Positions 6,851 through 16,984 are shown, counted from the stretch's first letter. The stretch: DNA of 64,000 nucleotides from Pedosphaera sp. (GCA_022451065.1 JAKUOU010000019.1:4203-68202); one strand, 5' to 3'. Notes: generated by a model from the letters alone, not told the origin. Translations and numbers: made by a program.

Positions 6851-9609
6851 TTTAGTTCGGCTTCGAGGTCGGACTGGATTTGTTTGAGCAGCGCTTTGTC
6901 AGTTGGCTTTTTCCCGAGGTCGGTTCGGACGTAGAATGTATCGATTGCGGCGCCCTTCTCGGTGCTGATGCGCGCCACATGAATACTCAGTCCGTGTCGA
7001 GTGAGTATTTTGGATATGCGATGCAACAGGCCCAACCGATCCTCGGACTCGACCTCGACGATAGTACGCGACTTGGCCGAGTGGGTGTCGATGCGGATGC
7101 GTGTTGGCAGTTGCCATTCTGCTGATGTGCTGGGCTTGGCCAATGTTTCGATCTGTGACTCGAATTCAGGCGACTCGTCGGACAACAGCGCCTGGGTGAT
7201 CAACTTTTTGAATGTGTCGCGTTCTGGCCGCTTGACCAAGCCGCCGTTTCGGGCGTTCAGGACAAAGAAAGTGTCGATGATGATCCCATCACCTCGCGAA
7301 AATACCCGCGCACTCAAAATGTTCAGACCCGTTGCGGCCAACGCCCCAGAAATCGTGGTGAAGAGCCCCGGCCGATCCCATGTGCAAATCTTCACCGAGG
7401 TATAGCCACGTGCCGGCTGGTTGTGCCAGGCGATGATTGGCTCAAGCACTTTTGTGCCGGTGCCGTTGACCACTCGCTTGAGGAAGCGATTGACCTGCGT
7501 GAGGTCAATATGAATATGCTTCAGGGAGTGGGTGCGGAAATATCGCGGCGTGAGGTGCTCGAAGTGGGCCTCGAGTTCCTCGCTGGAAATCTTCAGCGGC
7601 AACTGTTCGTGTGCCTCCTGCTTGAGTTTAGCCAAGTGCTCTGCCTCAGCCTTTTTGTAATCTTTGCCACTGGTAAGACGGCGACCGGCAAGGTGGTACA
7701 AGGTTTTCAGCAGCGTATTTTTGAAATCGTTCCACAGGTTGTCGCTGGTGCCCAGTGAGTCGGCGAACGTCAGCAGGGTGAGCATGGCCAGGTTTTCCTC
7801 GTCCTGAACTGTCTTGGCGAACTGGTGAATAACCGTCGGTGAGTCGATGTCGCGCCGCTGCGACACCTCGGCCATGAGTAGGTGGTTCTCGACGAGGAAA
7901 TTCAGCCTGGCCAGGCGGCGCGCATTGAGTCCAAGCCGCGCGCCGACTTTCTGGCACACCAGCATGCCGTCCCTGACGTGGTCACCGCTTTCCATGCCCT
8001 TGCCGGCATCGTGCAAAAACAGGGCCAGATAGAGCAGGTACGGCAGGTCGATGTCCTGCAGGATGTGGGTGTAGTGTGCGAACGGCGGCTTGTCCGCGTC
8101 CCAGATTTGGTCGAGTTTCTCGAGGCAGACGAGCGTGTGCTCGTCCGCCGCGTAGGCATGAAAAAACTCGTGCTGCACAAGGCAAGTCATGCGGCCGAAC
8201 TCGGGGATGTAGCGCCCCAGCAAGTCGACCTCGTGCATGGCGCGCATAGCGGGGGCGACGTTGCCACGCTGGTTGAGAATCTCGAGAAATGTCTCATGGT
8301 TTTCGGCGTCGTGAATGAATTCGTCATCCACCAGCGGGGCGTTGTCGCGCAGTAGCTGCGTGAGGTCGGGATGAAACTCAAGGCCGCGCTGTTGTGCATA
8401 CAGAAATACACGCATGAGTCGTCGCGGTTGATCCTTGAAAATACGCGATGAGGTCGGCACCAGTTCGCCGTTGATGATTTTAAAGCCATCGATCGACTCC
8501 TCTTTTTTGCCGCCGCCAAACAGGGTGCGAAACGAAGGCAGACGATGGATGTTCTTGGGGCGGAGGGCCAGGCGGCGCTCGACCATGCGGGTGATGAGGT
8601 GGATCGCCCGCAGGTGCGTGTATAGATCGCGCATCAACTCCTCGAGTCGGCGCGCCGGTGAACGGTTCTTGTAGCCAAGATGCCAGGCGACCCTGGGTTG
8701 GAGCGCCTTGGGCATGTCGTCCACCAGTCGCGTGGTTTGATAGTGCAATTCGTTGCGGGTGCGGAGCAGGAAGTCGTAGCCGACGTCGAGTTGCATGCGG
8801 TTCTTCGGGCGGATCATTCCCTGAGCCTCGAGTTGCTCTAGGGTGCGCGTGCCGTACTTGAAGTGGGTCATCCACAGCAGATTTTGGTAGTCGCGCAGGC
8901 CGCCGCAGCCGTTCTTGATGTTCGGCTCCTGCAGCAGGGCGGAGTTGCCGAACTTCACACGGCGCTTGTCCTGGTCGCCGATGCGCATCTGCAGGTAGTC
9001 ATCGACATGGTTGCGGACGCACTTGGCCTCTAGTCGCTTGCAGAACCGCTCAAACAGCGCGGTGTCGCCGGTAATGAGGCGCGATTCGATCAGCGACGTC
9101 TTGGTTTTCATGTCGTCGTTGGCGATGTTGACCGCATCCTGAATGTTGCGCACCGAGTGGCCGACCTTCAGGCCGAGGTCGTAAAGCGTATAGATCAAGC
9201 CGCCGGTGCCGGTGAGCTTCTCTAGAAGAGGATGCCTGTAGATGCGGGTCAGGCTCGGCGCCGAGCCGTTGTGCAAGATCATGATGTCGATGTCGCTGTG
9301 AGGGCTGAGTTCCTCGCGCCCGTAGCCGCCAATTGCGACGAGTGAAACCTTGAGCTTGCGCGCGTTGCCGGGCAGCTTGAGGCTTGCCAGCGTCCACTCG
9401 AACAGCGTCCGGAGCAGTGTGTCGATCATCCGCGACCGGCCAAGGCACACCTCGCGACCGCCGCCGCCATCACGGTGCCACTCCTGAAGCCGGGCCGATT
9501 CTGTCTTTAGATACCGCTTCAGTCCCGACAGTTCCCCGGCAGGGGTGCTGTCATTGGGGATGTCCATCAACTCCGTTGCGTTGGGTTGGTCTGTAGCGTT
9601 CTGCGGCAC
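6847..9609 (-). CDS. glnD: [protein-PII] uridylyltransferase / uridylyl-removing enzyme
   Basis: 920 aa. Nucleotidyltransferase region (GGYGREELSPHSDIDIMIL), HD domain (FLHDAGKG), two C-terminal ACT-like domains. GTG start. Confidence 0.85.
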   Translation of the reverse strand: MPQNATDQPNATELMDIPNDSTPAGELSGLKRYLKTESARLQEWHRDGGGGREVCLGRSRMIDTLLRTLFEWTLASLKLPGNARKLKVSLVAIGGYGREELSPHSDIDIMILHNGSAPSLTRIYRHPLLEKLTGTGGLIYTLYDLGLKVGHSVRNIQDAVNIANDDMKTKTSLIESRLITGDTALFERFCKRLEAKCVRNHVDDYLQMRIGDQDKRRVKFGNSALLQEPNIKNGCGGLRDYQNLLWMTHFKYGTRTLEQLEAQGMIRPKNRMQLDVGYDFLLRTRNELHYQTTRLVDDMPKALQPRVAWHLGYKNRSPARRLEELMRDLYTHLRAIHLITRMVERRLALRPKNIHRLPSFRTLFGGGKKEESIDGFKIINGELVPTSSRIFKDQPRRLMRVFLYAQQRGLEFHPDLTQLLRDNAPLVDDEFIHDAENHETFLEILNQRGNVAPAMRAMHEVDLLGRYIPEFGRMTCLVQHEFFHAYAADEHTLVCLEKLDQIWDADKPPFAHYTHILQDIDLPYLLYLALFLHDAGKGMESGDHVRDGMLVCQKVGARLGLNARRLARLNFLVENHLLMAEVSQRRDIDSPTVIHQFAKTVQDEENLAMLTLLTFADSLGTSDNLWNDFKNTLLKTLYHLAGRRLTSGKDYKKAEAEHLAKLKQEAHEQLPLKISSEELEAHFEHLTPRYFRTHSLKHIHIDLTQVNRFLKRVVNGTGTKVLEPIIAWHNQPARGYTSVKICTWDRPGLFTTISGALAATGLNILSARVFSRGDGIIIDTFFVLNARNGGLVKRPERDTFKKLITQALLSDESPEFESQIETLAKPSTSAEWQLPTRIRIDTHSAKSRTIVEVESEDRLGLLHRISKILTRHGLSIHVARISTEKGAAIDTFYVRTDLGKKPTDKALLKQIQSDLEAELN

Positions 9610-9649
9610 GTGGCGGGAGTCTAGCCGCGCTCGGCGGTCGAAACAATTC

Positions 9650-9664
9650 CGCTTGGCCAGGCGC
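9650..9664. repeat. iterated palindrome copy, degenerate
   Basis: CGCTTGGCCAGGCGC, one A-to-G change in the core. Intergenic between glnD and the ECF sigma gene. Confidence 0.8.
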
Positions 9665-9677
9665 TATTTCCTTCACT

Positions 9678-9706
9678 CGTAACCTTGCCGCTTGGCCAAG
9701 CGTAAC
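9678..9706 (+). promoter_or_regulatory. candidate ECF-type promoter (GTAAC-N17-CGTAAC) upstream of the ECF sigma gene
   Basis: cGTAACc at 9678-9684 and CGTAAC at 9701-9706 resemble the AAC-N16/17-CGT architecture of ECF promoters. The spacer is occupied by a palindrome copy. The predicted leader is very short, so the call is weak. Confidence 0.3.
9689..9702. repeat. iterated palindrome copy, 14 bp, intergenic
   Basis: CGCTTGGCCAAGCG 20 nt upstream of the sigma-factor ATG. Second copy in the same 112-bp spacer. Confidence 0.9.
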
Positions 9707-9721
9707 TTAGATTTTTGCTGT

Positions 9722-10330
9722 ATGGTTGACAGGAACGATCCCGATGTGGCCCTGATGTTGAGGGTGAAAGGGGGAGACTTGTCGGCCTATGAGGAATTGG
9801 TGGAGAAGTTTAAGCAGCCGGTGATGAACCTGATTTACCGGCTGATCAACGACCTCGACGAGGCGGAGGACATTGCTCAGAACGTCTTTATCCAGGTCTG
9901 GAAAACCCGCGAACGCTACGAGGTGGCCAGCAAGTTCACCACCTGGCTTTTCACCATCGCCCGCAACCTTGGTCTGAACGAGATTCGGCGGCGCACGCGG
10001 CATCCGGCCGACTCACTGGATGAGCCGCGTCCCGACAACGAATCCCAGCCGCTGCGCGTGGTGGAGGATGCCGCCAGCCCGATCCCTGCTGATGCCACTC
10101 TCAGTGCCGAACTGTGCGCCAAGGTCGAGGAGGCTCTGATGGATCTGCCGGAGAAACAGCGTACCGCGCTGCTGCTCTGTCGTGAGGGCGGTGTCAGCTA
10201 CGAGGAAATTGCCGATGTGATGGGCGGAATCTCTCTGACGGCAGTAAAATCGATCATTTTTCGAGGCCGTTCGGTGCTCAAAAGCCGCCTGAAACCGTAC
10301 CTGAAGTCAGGCGAATGGCAAAAAAAATGA
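9722..10330 (+). CDS. RNA polymerase ECF-type sigma-70 factor
   Basis: ORF 9692..10330. ATG 9722 preferred because TTG 9692 lies inside the palindrome. Region 2 (AEDIAQNVFIQVW, FTTWLFTIARN) and region 4 (SYEEIADVMGGISLTAVKSIIFRGR). Confidence 0.85.
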   Translation: MVDRNDPDVALMLRVKGGDLSAYEELVEKFKQPVMNLIYRLINDLDEAEDIAQNVFIQVWKTRERYEVASKFTTWLFTIARNLGLNEIRRRTRHPADSLDEPRPDNESQPLRVVEDAASPIPADATLSAELCAKVEEALMDLPEKQRTALLLCREGGVSYEEIADVMGGISLTAVKSIIFRGRSVLKSRLKPYLKSGEWQKK

Positions 10331-10379
10331 CCCGATGGCAAAACTTTTGTGTGACCTTGGTTTTTAAGGAAAGGCGATA

Positions 10380-10871
10380 ATGAACCAACCCGAGTTTGAG
10401 AACCTGTTGCAAACGGTGCACACGCGTGACTTAACCGATGCCGAGTTGGCCAAGCTGGAGCATTGGCTGGCAGCGAACCCTGACGAGCAGGACGCGTGGG
10501 CAGCACTGGACCGTCTGCTGGTCGCGCTGCCTGATGCCCCGGTGGCGACCAATTTCACCGCTCGCGTGCTGGACAAAGTCCGCCGAACCGAGGCCACCCG
10601 CCAGGCGCTTGGCCAAGCGTGGTGGCGGAAGCTCCTCGCCCCGCAATTTCGTCCCATCCAAATCGCTGCCGCAGCGGCGCTCGCGATGGTCATCGGTGGC
10701 GTCGGCTACCAGTCGCACCTCACCCTGAACCGGGCGGAGATGGCTGCAAGCCTGCATGAGGTGGCAGCCATCGCCGAGATGGTCCCCGGGTTGTTGAGTG
10801 ACTTCGAGGCCATCGAGGCCATCCAACAGGCCGACCCGATCGACGAGGAACTCTGGGCCGCCCTTAAGTAA
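10380..10871 (+). CDS. putative anti-sigma factor (single-pass membrane protein)
   Basis: Immediately downstream of the ECF sigma gene. One TM segment (IQIAAAAALAMVIGGVGY). No strong family motif, so the call rests on context. Confidence 0.55.
   Translation: MNQPEFENLLQTVHTRDLTDAELAKLEHWLAANPDEQDAWAALDRLLVALPDAPVATNFTARVLDKVRRTEATRQALGQAWWRKLLAPQFRPIQIAAAAALAMVIGGVGYQSHLTLNRAEMAASLHEVAAIAEMVPGLLSDFEAIEAIQQADPIDEELWAALK
10606..10619. repeat. iterated palindrome copy, 14 bp, inside CDS
   Basis: Read as A-L-G-Q-A in the anti-sigma gene. Confidence 0.9.
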
Positions 10872-10875
10872 CCCC

Positions 10876-11829
10876 ATGAAATTGCGAGTCACAGTTGCCC
10901 GCTTGCTACTTCTGCCGGTTCTGGCGATGGGAGCCACGACCGGTGCGCTGGCTGTCGACTCGCCGTTTGCCGTCTTTAAAAAAATCGTCTTGCTGCCCAA
11001 GACCGAACGCGAGGCGGCGGTGGGTGAGTTCAAGATTTCCTCCAAGCGTCATCGCGAGCTTTTGCAGGCCAAGGTCCACGAATACGCCGCCATGACGGAG
11101 GCCGAGCGCAATCGCAAGCTCGATGCGCTGGATTTTCGCTGGCACCTGATGCCGCTCATGAAAACGGCAAAGGCCGATCGGGCCAAGCGGTTGGCCTCTG
11201 TGCCAGAGCGATTCCGTACCGACATCGAGCGGCGGTTGATCGGCTGGGACAAGCTGGACGCCAAAGTCCGCGCTGATCTGCTCAGGAACGAATCGTTTTT
11301 CCGCTATCTATCCAGTTTTGGACGGGGCCGCCAGTCCCGTGTCGCGCTAACGAACCACATGGAAAAAATGCCGTCCCGTCTGCGTCAGGGGCTCGATGGG
11401 CGCATCACGACCTGGCGCGAAAAACCGAGGACGGAACGCCGACGGATAACCCGCCAGTTTCACCAGTTCTTTGATCTGCCCAAAGCTGAACAGGAACGCG
11501 CCTTGGGCCACCTCACGCGCAAAGAGCTCGCCAAGATGGATGCCACCCTTGATCAATTCAAGGCCATGTCCCGCGCTCAGCGGGAGTTGGTCATGCGGTC
11601 GTTTGAAAAGCTGGCTGGCATGTCCCAGGCTGAACGCGCCGGTTTTTTCCGCAACACCGAGCGCTGGAATGGCATGACCAATGCCGAGCGAAAAAAGTGG
11701 CGGACTCTCGTGACACAGATGCCGCCGCTGCCGCCTGGTTTCGGGAATGAGCTCAGGCCACCGCTGCCACCCGGCCTAGTGGATGAAAGCGTGCCAGTTC
11801 AGACTGTGGTCACCAACACCATTCGCTGA
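10876..11829 (+). CDS. secreted helical-repeat protein (DUF3106-like xAER/RW repeats, Pro-rich C-terminus)
   Basis: ORF 10798..11829. ATG 10876 gives the signal peptide MKLRVTVARLLLLPVLAMGATTGALA. Repeated (S/T)xAER...W units. Third gene of the sigma/anti-sigma operon. Confidence 0.5.
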   Translation: MKLRVTVARLLLLPVLAMGATTGALAVDSPFAVFKKIVLLPKTEREAAVGEFKISSKRHRELLQAKVHEYAAMTEAERNRKLDALDFRWHLMPLMKTAKADRAKRLASVPERFRTDIERRLIGWDKLDAKVRADLLRNESFFRYLSSFGRGRQSRVALTNHMEKMPSRLRQGLDGRITTWREKPRTERRRITRQFHQFFDLPKAEQERALGHLTRKELAKMDATLDQFKAMSRAQRELVMRSFEKLAGMSQAERAGFFRNTERWNGMTNAERKKWRTLVTQMPPLPPGFGNELRPPLPPGLVDESVPVQTVVTNTIR

Positions 11830-11837
11830 ACGGCGCA

Positions 11838-12656
11838 ATGGATCCCGTTGCCTTCAAGATCGGCGGCTTTGCAATCTACTGGTACGGCATCCTTGTGGCC
11901 GGTGGTTTCCTCGCCGGGCTGTGGACAGCTAGCCGCCGGTGCGTCTTCGACAAGCTTGACGGCAAGGTTATCTCCGATCTCGGTGTGTGGATTATCATTG
12001 CAGGGATGCTTGGCGCCCGGGCAATGCACGTGATCACCTACTGGGATGATCAATACGCCGGCAGTCCGCTCTGGCAGGTGCTCGATTTTCGGAGCGGCGG
12101 GCTGGTGTTTTACGGCGGCTTCATCGGCGCTGCGATGGCGGTGATTCTGTACATCCGGCTGCACGGTAAACAGCCCTTCTGGAAAATCGCCGACGCCTTT
12201 GCCCCGAGCATCCCGCTTGGCCACGCGCTGGGCCGCTTGGGCTGCCTGATGTTCGGCTGCTGTTTCGGAACCGCATGCGACCTGCCGTGGGCCATTCAAT
12301 TTCCGGCGGACAGTCCAGCCATCAATGCACTTGGCCATGCGCCAACCGACGCTGCGCACTCGTTGCATGTCCACCCGACGCAGGTTTATTCTGCGCTGTT
12401 GAACGTGGCCCTCTACGGCGGCCTAGCCTGGTTGTATCGGCACAAACGGTTTGACGGCCAGGTGTTCGGCCTTTACCTCGCGGGCTACTCGATCAACCGC
12501 TTTGTCGTCGAGTTTTTCCGGGGTGACTACCAGGTCGAGCAACTGTGGTTTGGCTGGGTCAAGCCGGGGCAGCAACTCAGCCTGTTTTTGTTGCCTATAG
12601 GCATCGCGCTGACCATGTGCCTGCGCCGCCGATTCATGGCCGAGCGGCAGGCTTGA
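11838..12656 (+). CDS. lgt: prolipoprotein diacylglyceryl transferase
   Basis: FAIYWYGILVAGGFLAGLW and GRLGCLMFGCCFG signature motifs. Polytopic membrane protein. Confidence 0.9.
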   Translation: MDPVAFKIGGFAIYWYGILVAGGFLAGLWTASRRCVFDKLDGKVISDLGVWIIIAGMLGARAMHVITYWDDQYAGSPLWQVLDFRSGGLVFYGGFIGAAMAVILYIRLHGKQPFWKIADAFAPSIPLGHALGRLGCLMFGCCFGTACDLPWAIQFPADSPAINALGHAPTDAAHSLHVHPTQVYSALLNVALYGGLAWLYRHKRFDGQVFGLYLAGYSINRFVVEFFRGDYQVEQLWFGWVKPGQQLSLFLLPIGIALTMCLRRRFMAERQA

Positions 12657-12683
12657 GTTGGACTCCTTTTTGACTTTCTCAAA

Positions 12684-13412
12684 ATGAAAACAATGACTCG
12701 ATTCATTTTTGAAGTGGCCTTGGCTGGCGCACTTACGGCTCAAGCCGCCGACAAGATCAAGACGACCAAGGGCGACCTGGAGGTGCATCCGGTCAGGCAT
12801 GGCACAGTGGTGTTCAAGTGGAACGGCAAGACAGTTTTTGTTGATCCGGTCGGCGGCGCCGCATCGTTCAAGTTGTACGGTACGCCGGATCTCGTGCTGG
12901 TAACCGACATCCACGGCGATCACTTCAACAAGGATACCCTCGCGGAGATTGTGAAGGAGAAGACGGTCGTTATCGCTCCCGAGGCCGTGGCTGCGCTCGC
13001 GCCGGAGGGGCTAAAAAAAAGCATCACCACTTTGGCCAATGGCGGGTCGATGGAGAAACTGGATGTGAAAATCGATGCGGTGCCAATGTACAATCTGACG
13101 CCAGCACGGCTGCGGTTTCACAACAAGGGTCGAGGCAACGGCTACGTGATGACTTTCGGCGGCAAGCGAGTGTACGTGAGCGGCGATACGGAGGACATCC
13201 CGGAGATGCGCGCACTGAAGAAGATCGACGCGGCGTTTGTCTGCATGAACCTGCCGTACACGATGACGCCAGAACAGGCAGCTGACGCGGTGCGGGAGTT
13301 CAAGCCGAAGGTGGTTTACCCGTACCACTACCGGGGCAGCGATACGGCTAAGTTTGAAAAACTGGTCGGCGATGCCTCGGAGGTGCGACTCCGCGATTGG
13401 TACAAGAAATAG
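12684..13412 (+). CDS. MBL-fold metallo-hydrolase, secreted
   Basis: Signal peptide, then VTDIHGDHFN (HxHxDH-type motif) and YVSGDTEDIPE. Confidence 0.75.
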   Translation: MKTMTRFIFEVALAGALTAQAADKIKTTKGDLEVHPVRHGTVVFKWNGKTVFVDPVGGAASFKLYGTPDLVLVTDIHGDHFNKDTLAEIVKEKTVVIAPEAVAALAPEGLKKSITTLANGGSMEKLDVKIDAVPMYNLTPARLRFHNKGRGNGYVMTFGGKRVYVSGDTEDIPEMRALKKIDAAFVCMNLPYTMTPEQAADAVREFKPKVVYPYHYRGSDTAKFEKLVGDASEVRLRDWYKK

Positions 13413-13424
13413 CGCTTGGCCAGG
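13412..13424. repeat. iterated palindrome copy, degenerate, between convergent stop codons
   Basis: GCGCTTGGCCAGG begins at the G of the MBL-hydrolase TAG (13410-13412). The ftsK stop is at 13428-13430. Confidence 0.8.
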
Positions 13425-13427
13425 TAG

Positions 13428-16088
13428 CTAGTCTTCGACATCGAATAGGATTTCACGCGGCTCGGCGCCACGGTTGGGGCCGACGAGTCCGCGATCCTCT
13501 AGCTCGTCCATGATGCGGGCGGCGCGGGTGTAGCCCAGACGCAGCCGGCGTTGCATGAGCGAGACGCTAGCCTTTTGCTCGATGCGGATGATCTCGATGC
13601 ATTGCTGGACGATTTCCTCGTCCTCGTCGATGCCGCTGCCACCGTTACCACTTTTGCCATTCTCAGGCCCCTCGAGTTGGCGCTCCATTTCCGTGTCGTA
13701 ACATGGTTTGGCCTGAGTGTTGACGATTTCGACAATACGGTTGATTTCCTCATCCGTGACAAGGCAGCCCTGTGCGCGGCGGAGGTTGGCCGTGCCGGGC
13801 GGAAGGAAGAGCATGTCCCCCTTGCCTAATAGTTTGTCGGCACCCATGGCGTCAAGGATTGTGCGGGAGTCCACCTTGGCCGCAACTTGAAAGGCAATAC
13901 GGGCCGGGATGTTGGCCTTGATGACGCCGGTGATGACGTCAACACTGGGTCGCTGCGTGGCGACGATGCAGTGGATGCCAGCGGCGCGGGCCATCTGTGT
14001 GATACGTGCGATGCTGTTCTCCACATCGTTTTTGGCCATGAGCATCAGGTCCGCCAACTCATCGATGATGACAACGATGTAACTAAGCTTTTCGGGAATC
14101 TCGACGTCATCCTCCCGTGGAATACTGACTTCCTGATCCATCTCGACGGCAAAACCTTCGCTTTCGTCAAGCGGCAGTTCCGCCTGATCGGTCTTGGGCG
14201 GCTTCTTAATGGTGCGGGAATTGAAACCAGCGATGTTGCGGGCGCCGACCTTGGCAAAAATCTGGTACCGCTTTTCCATTTCGTTCACCACCCACTTGAG
14301 GGCGAGAATGACTTTCTTGGGATCGTGCACCACCGGCGCGGCGAGGTGGGGGAGGCCGTTATAAATCTGCAACTCGACCACCTTGGGGTCGATCATGACG
14401 AAGCGAAGTTCCTCCGGTGTAAAGCGGAATAGAAGCGATGCGACCATGGAGTTGATGCAGACTGATTTACCCGAACCAGTGGCGCCGGCAATGAGCAGGT
14501 GTGGCATCTCGGCCAGGTCGGCGACGATCGGCTTGCCATAAACGTCCTTGCCCAAGGCAAGGGGAATTTTTGCCTTGGAGTTCCTCCATTCCGGCGACTC
14601 GACGATGTCGCGGAACAGCACCTTGGTCTTGACAAGGTTGGGGACCTCGATACCAACAGTGTTGCGGCCGGGCACCGGGGCGAGGATGTTGATTCGCTCA
14701 GCCTTGATGGCGGCAGCGATGTTATTGGCCAAACCGGTGATTCGCTCAAGTTTGACACCCGGGGCCGGATGCAGTTCGTAGCGGGTGATAGTCGGCCCCT
14801 TGGTGATGTCCCCCTCGTTGACCTCAATCTTGAACTGCTCCAGGGTGTCCTTGAGTAGTCGGGCATTGGCAAGAAGTTGTTCGCGGGTCTCGGTGGGGGC
14901 GCTCGGCGCATCCGGCTCATCGAGCACCTGTGACTTCGGCAGCTTGTAGCCGTCGACCTTTGGTGTCTTGGCCACAGCCGTCGGTCCCTTGGTCTTGGCT
15001 AGGCGCTTGGGCAATTTGAGCTTGGGTGGTGCGTCGGTCTCTTTCTCCTTCTCCTCGTCGGGCGGGATTTCGTCTGGCTCCGTCTGGCCAAGGACATCGG
15101 CGGTGTTGGCTACCTCATGCTCGGTCGGTTCGCTTGATTCCTCCGATTGAGGTTCCTCAGTGTCGGGCGTATCGGTTTCGGTGGTTTGCTCCTCGGTGGA
15201 CGCTTTGACCTCCTCGGCCGAAATCACCTCGCCCATCTCGACTTCGTCCGGTTCCGGTTCTGCTTTCTCTTCTGCTTTCTTCCGGCGCTTATTGCCGGAG
15301 ACGCTCAGGTCGCGAACGGTCGGCTCGGGGATCGGCTTGAGGTCGGCGCCGATGCCTTGGTCTGCTTCCAATTCCGCGGCAGCTTGGCCGATCTCCTGCT
15401 TGATCGCCTTCTTCTGCCTGGCCAGATCGCGCTCGAGGCGTTTGGTTTTGCGTTTGATTGTTTTTTGGGAAGGGCCGCCGGTTGCCAAGCCGGGATCGGC
15501 CCGGCGTTCGCGCCAGTTCTCCCACGTGTCCACTGTCCAGTGCCAAAGCTCAACCGGCTGGAGGTTGGTCAGGAAATAGAGGCTGGAGAGCAGCAGGGCG
15601 GAGTAGATGATGGTCGAGCCGATGACACCAAACCATTGGAACAGAAAATGAATGCCCATCCCCAAAATACCGCCCAGGCTGGGCATGCCTTTATCGTCGA
15701 TCAGGACCTTGAATCCATCCTTGTAGACCTCCAACAGGCCCATAACACTGACCATGTAAACCAGTGCGGCCACCCAGCCCTTCCATTTGTGGCGCAGGTG
15801 ATCCAGGTACGGCGTGACGAGACTGACTCCGAATATAATCAGCAAAAAAGGGATCATGTGCGCCGCGTAGCCGGTCAGAAAAAAAGCGATATGGGCGGTG
15901 CGTGCCCCCGCTGTCCCGATGGCGTTCTCGGGTGGATCGTTCGGGGGTGTCTTGTTCGAAGCGAGATCGCCCGCATCAAACGTTTGGAGTGCCAGCAACA
16001 AAAGAAGGGCGCCGGTTAGCAACACGATCCCGATGATGGGAAACGCCCAGGATGGAAGAAGTTCGGATGACTTGACCCTGCGCAGCAC
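13428..16088 (-). CDS. ftsK: DNA translocase FtsK/SpoIIIE
   Basis: 886 aa. N-terminal TM helices, acidic/Pro-rich linker, Walker A GATGSGKS, Walker B VVIIDELADLM, gamma wHTH domain at the C-terminus. Confidence 0.9.
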   Translation of the reverse strand: MLRRVKSSELLPSWAFPIIGIVLLTGALLLLLALQTFDAGDLASNKTPPNDPPENAIGTAGARTAHIAFFLTGYAAHMIPFLLIIFGVSLVTPYLDHLRHKWKGWVAALVYMVSVMGLLEVYKDGFKVLIDDKGMPSLGGILGMGIHFLFQWFGVIGSTIIYSALLLSSLYFLTNLQPVELWHWTVDTWENWRERRADPGLATGGPSQKTIKRKTKRLERDLARQKKAIKQEIGQAAAELEADQGIGADLKPIPEPTVRDLSVSGNKRRKKAEEKAEPEPDEVEMGEVISAEEVKASTEEQTTETDTPDTEEPQSEESSEPTEHEVANTADVLGQTEPDEIPPDEEKEKETDAPPKLKLPKRLAKTKGPTAVAKTPKVDGYKLPKSQVLDEPDAPSAPTETREQLLANARLLKDTLEQFKIEVNEGDITKGPTITRYELHPAPGVKLERITGLANNIAAAIKAERINILAPVPGRNTVGIEVPNLVKTKVLFRDIVESPEWRNSKAKIPLALGKDVYGKPIVADLAEMPHLLIAGATGSGKSVCINSMVASLLFRFTPEELRFVMIDPKVVELQIYNGLPHLAAPVVHDPKKVILALKWVVNEMEKRYQIFAKVGARNIAGFNSRTIKKPPKTDQAELPLDESEGFAVEMDQEVSIPREDDVEIPEKLSYIVVIIDELADLMLMAKNDVENSIARITQMARAAGIHCIVATQRPSVDVITGVIKANIPARIAFQVAAKVDSRTILDAMGADKLLGKGDMLFLPPGTANLRRAQGCLVTDEEINRIVEIVNTQAKPCYDTEMERQLEGPENGKSGNGGSGIDEDEEIVQQCIEIIRIEQKASVSLMQRRLRLGYTRAARIMDELEDRGLVGPNRGAEPREILFDVED

Positions 16089-16198
16089 GGGCCGGAGTGT
16101 AATGGCTTAGCTATCGAAGAAAAAGCGTGTAGTGGCAATTTGTTTTTGGCGTGAACAGAGGTTGCCTTTCCGGCGGTTTCCTGTTTAATTCTTTGCCG

Positions 16199-16984
16199 AT
16201 GAAATTTTGGTCCGTTTTGGGGCGGGTTTTGACTCTGGCAGCGCTGGTTGTTGGTGCCATCGGCTGCAATCCAACGAGCGGGAGCCAGTCCCGGCTGGAG
16301 GACGACCCCGATTTTGTCCGGGGCAAAAGCCGCCTGGCCCGCAAGAATATCGACGGGGCGGTGCTTTCCTTCCGCGAGGCGCTCGCAAACAACCCGGGCA
16401 ACGCCGCCGCCCATTTCGAACTTGGGCTGATTTTTTACGAGCCCAGCAATGAAAAAAACAACTACGTCTCGGCTTGCTATCATTTCCAGCGGCATCTCGA
16501 GTTGCAGCGGGACTCCCGCCACGCCGGCAACATTGAGGGGTTCATCAGGGCTTGCAAAAAAGAGATCGCCAAAGACATCGCCATGGCGCCAATCCCTCCC
16601 TCGGAGATCAACGCCATCCACTCGCTGCGCACGCAGTTGGCCAAGGTCAGCAGCGAGAATAGCCATCTCAAGAGTCAGGTCCAGGCCATGCGAGGTCGTT
16701 TGCAGCAGGCCGGCAAAGTGCCGGAGGTCGCCGTGGCGGCCGGTGGTTCGCCGCCCTCCGTGAAACCCAGCAATCCGCGCACGCCACCGCGGCCCAATTA
16801 CGGCAGCCGATCCAGCCAAACCCGGACCCACACGCTGAAGCCGGGCGAGAGCCTTTACAGTATTTCCCGGCAGTACGGCGTCCCGTTCGCAGTCCTCAAG
16901 GCCGCCAACTCGCGCCTGATGCGAAACTCCCGCGACCTGAAGCCGGGGGTAACTGTTTACATCCCGCCCAAGCGTACCCCGTAA
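16199..16984 (+). CDS. LysM domain lipoprotein with TPR-like region
   Basis: ORF 16151..16984. ATG 16199 gives a lipobox (VVGAIGC). C-terminal LysM domain HTLKPGESLYSISRQYGVPFAVLKAANS...LKPGVTVYIP. Confidence 0.7.
   Translation: MKFWSVLGRVLTLAALVVGAIGCNPTSGSQSRLEDDPDFVRGKSRLARKNIDGAVLSFREALANNPGNAAAHFELGLIFYEPSNEKNNYVSACYHFQRHLELQRDSRHAGNIEGFIRACKKEIAKDIAMAPIPPSEINAIHSLRTQLAKVSSENSHLKSQVQAMRGRLQQAGKVPEVAVAAGGSPPSVKPSNPRTPPRPNYGSRSSQTRTHTLKPGESLYSISRQYGVPFAVLKAANSRLMRNSRDLKPGVTVYIPPKRTP

Noticed and set aside
14900-15450. Low-complexity acidic/Pro/Glu-rich segment on the minus strand as a possible repeat element.
   Set aside because: It is the variable linker between the membrane and motor domains of FtsK, a normal feature of this protein family.
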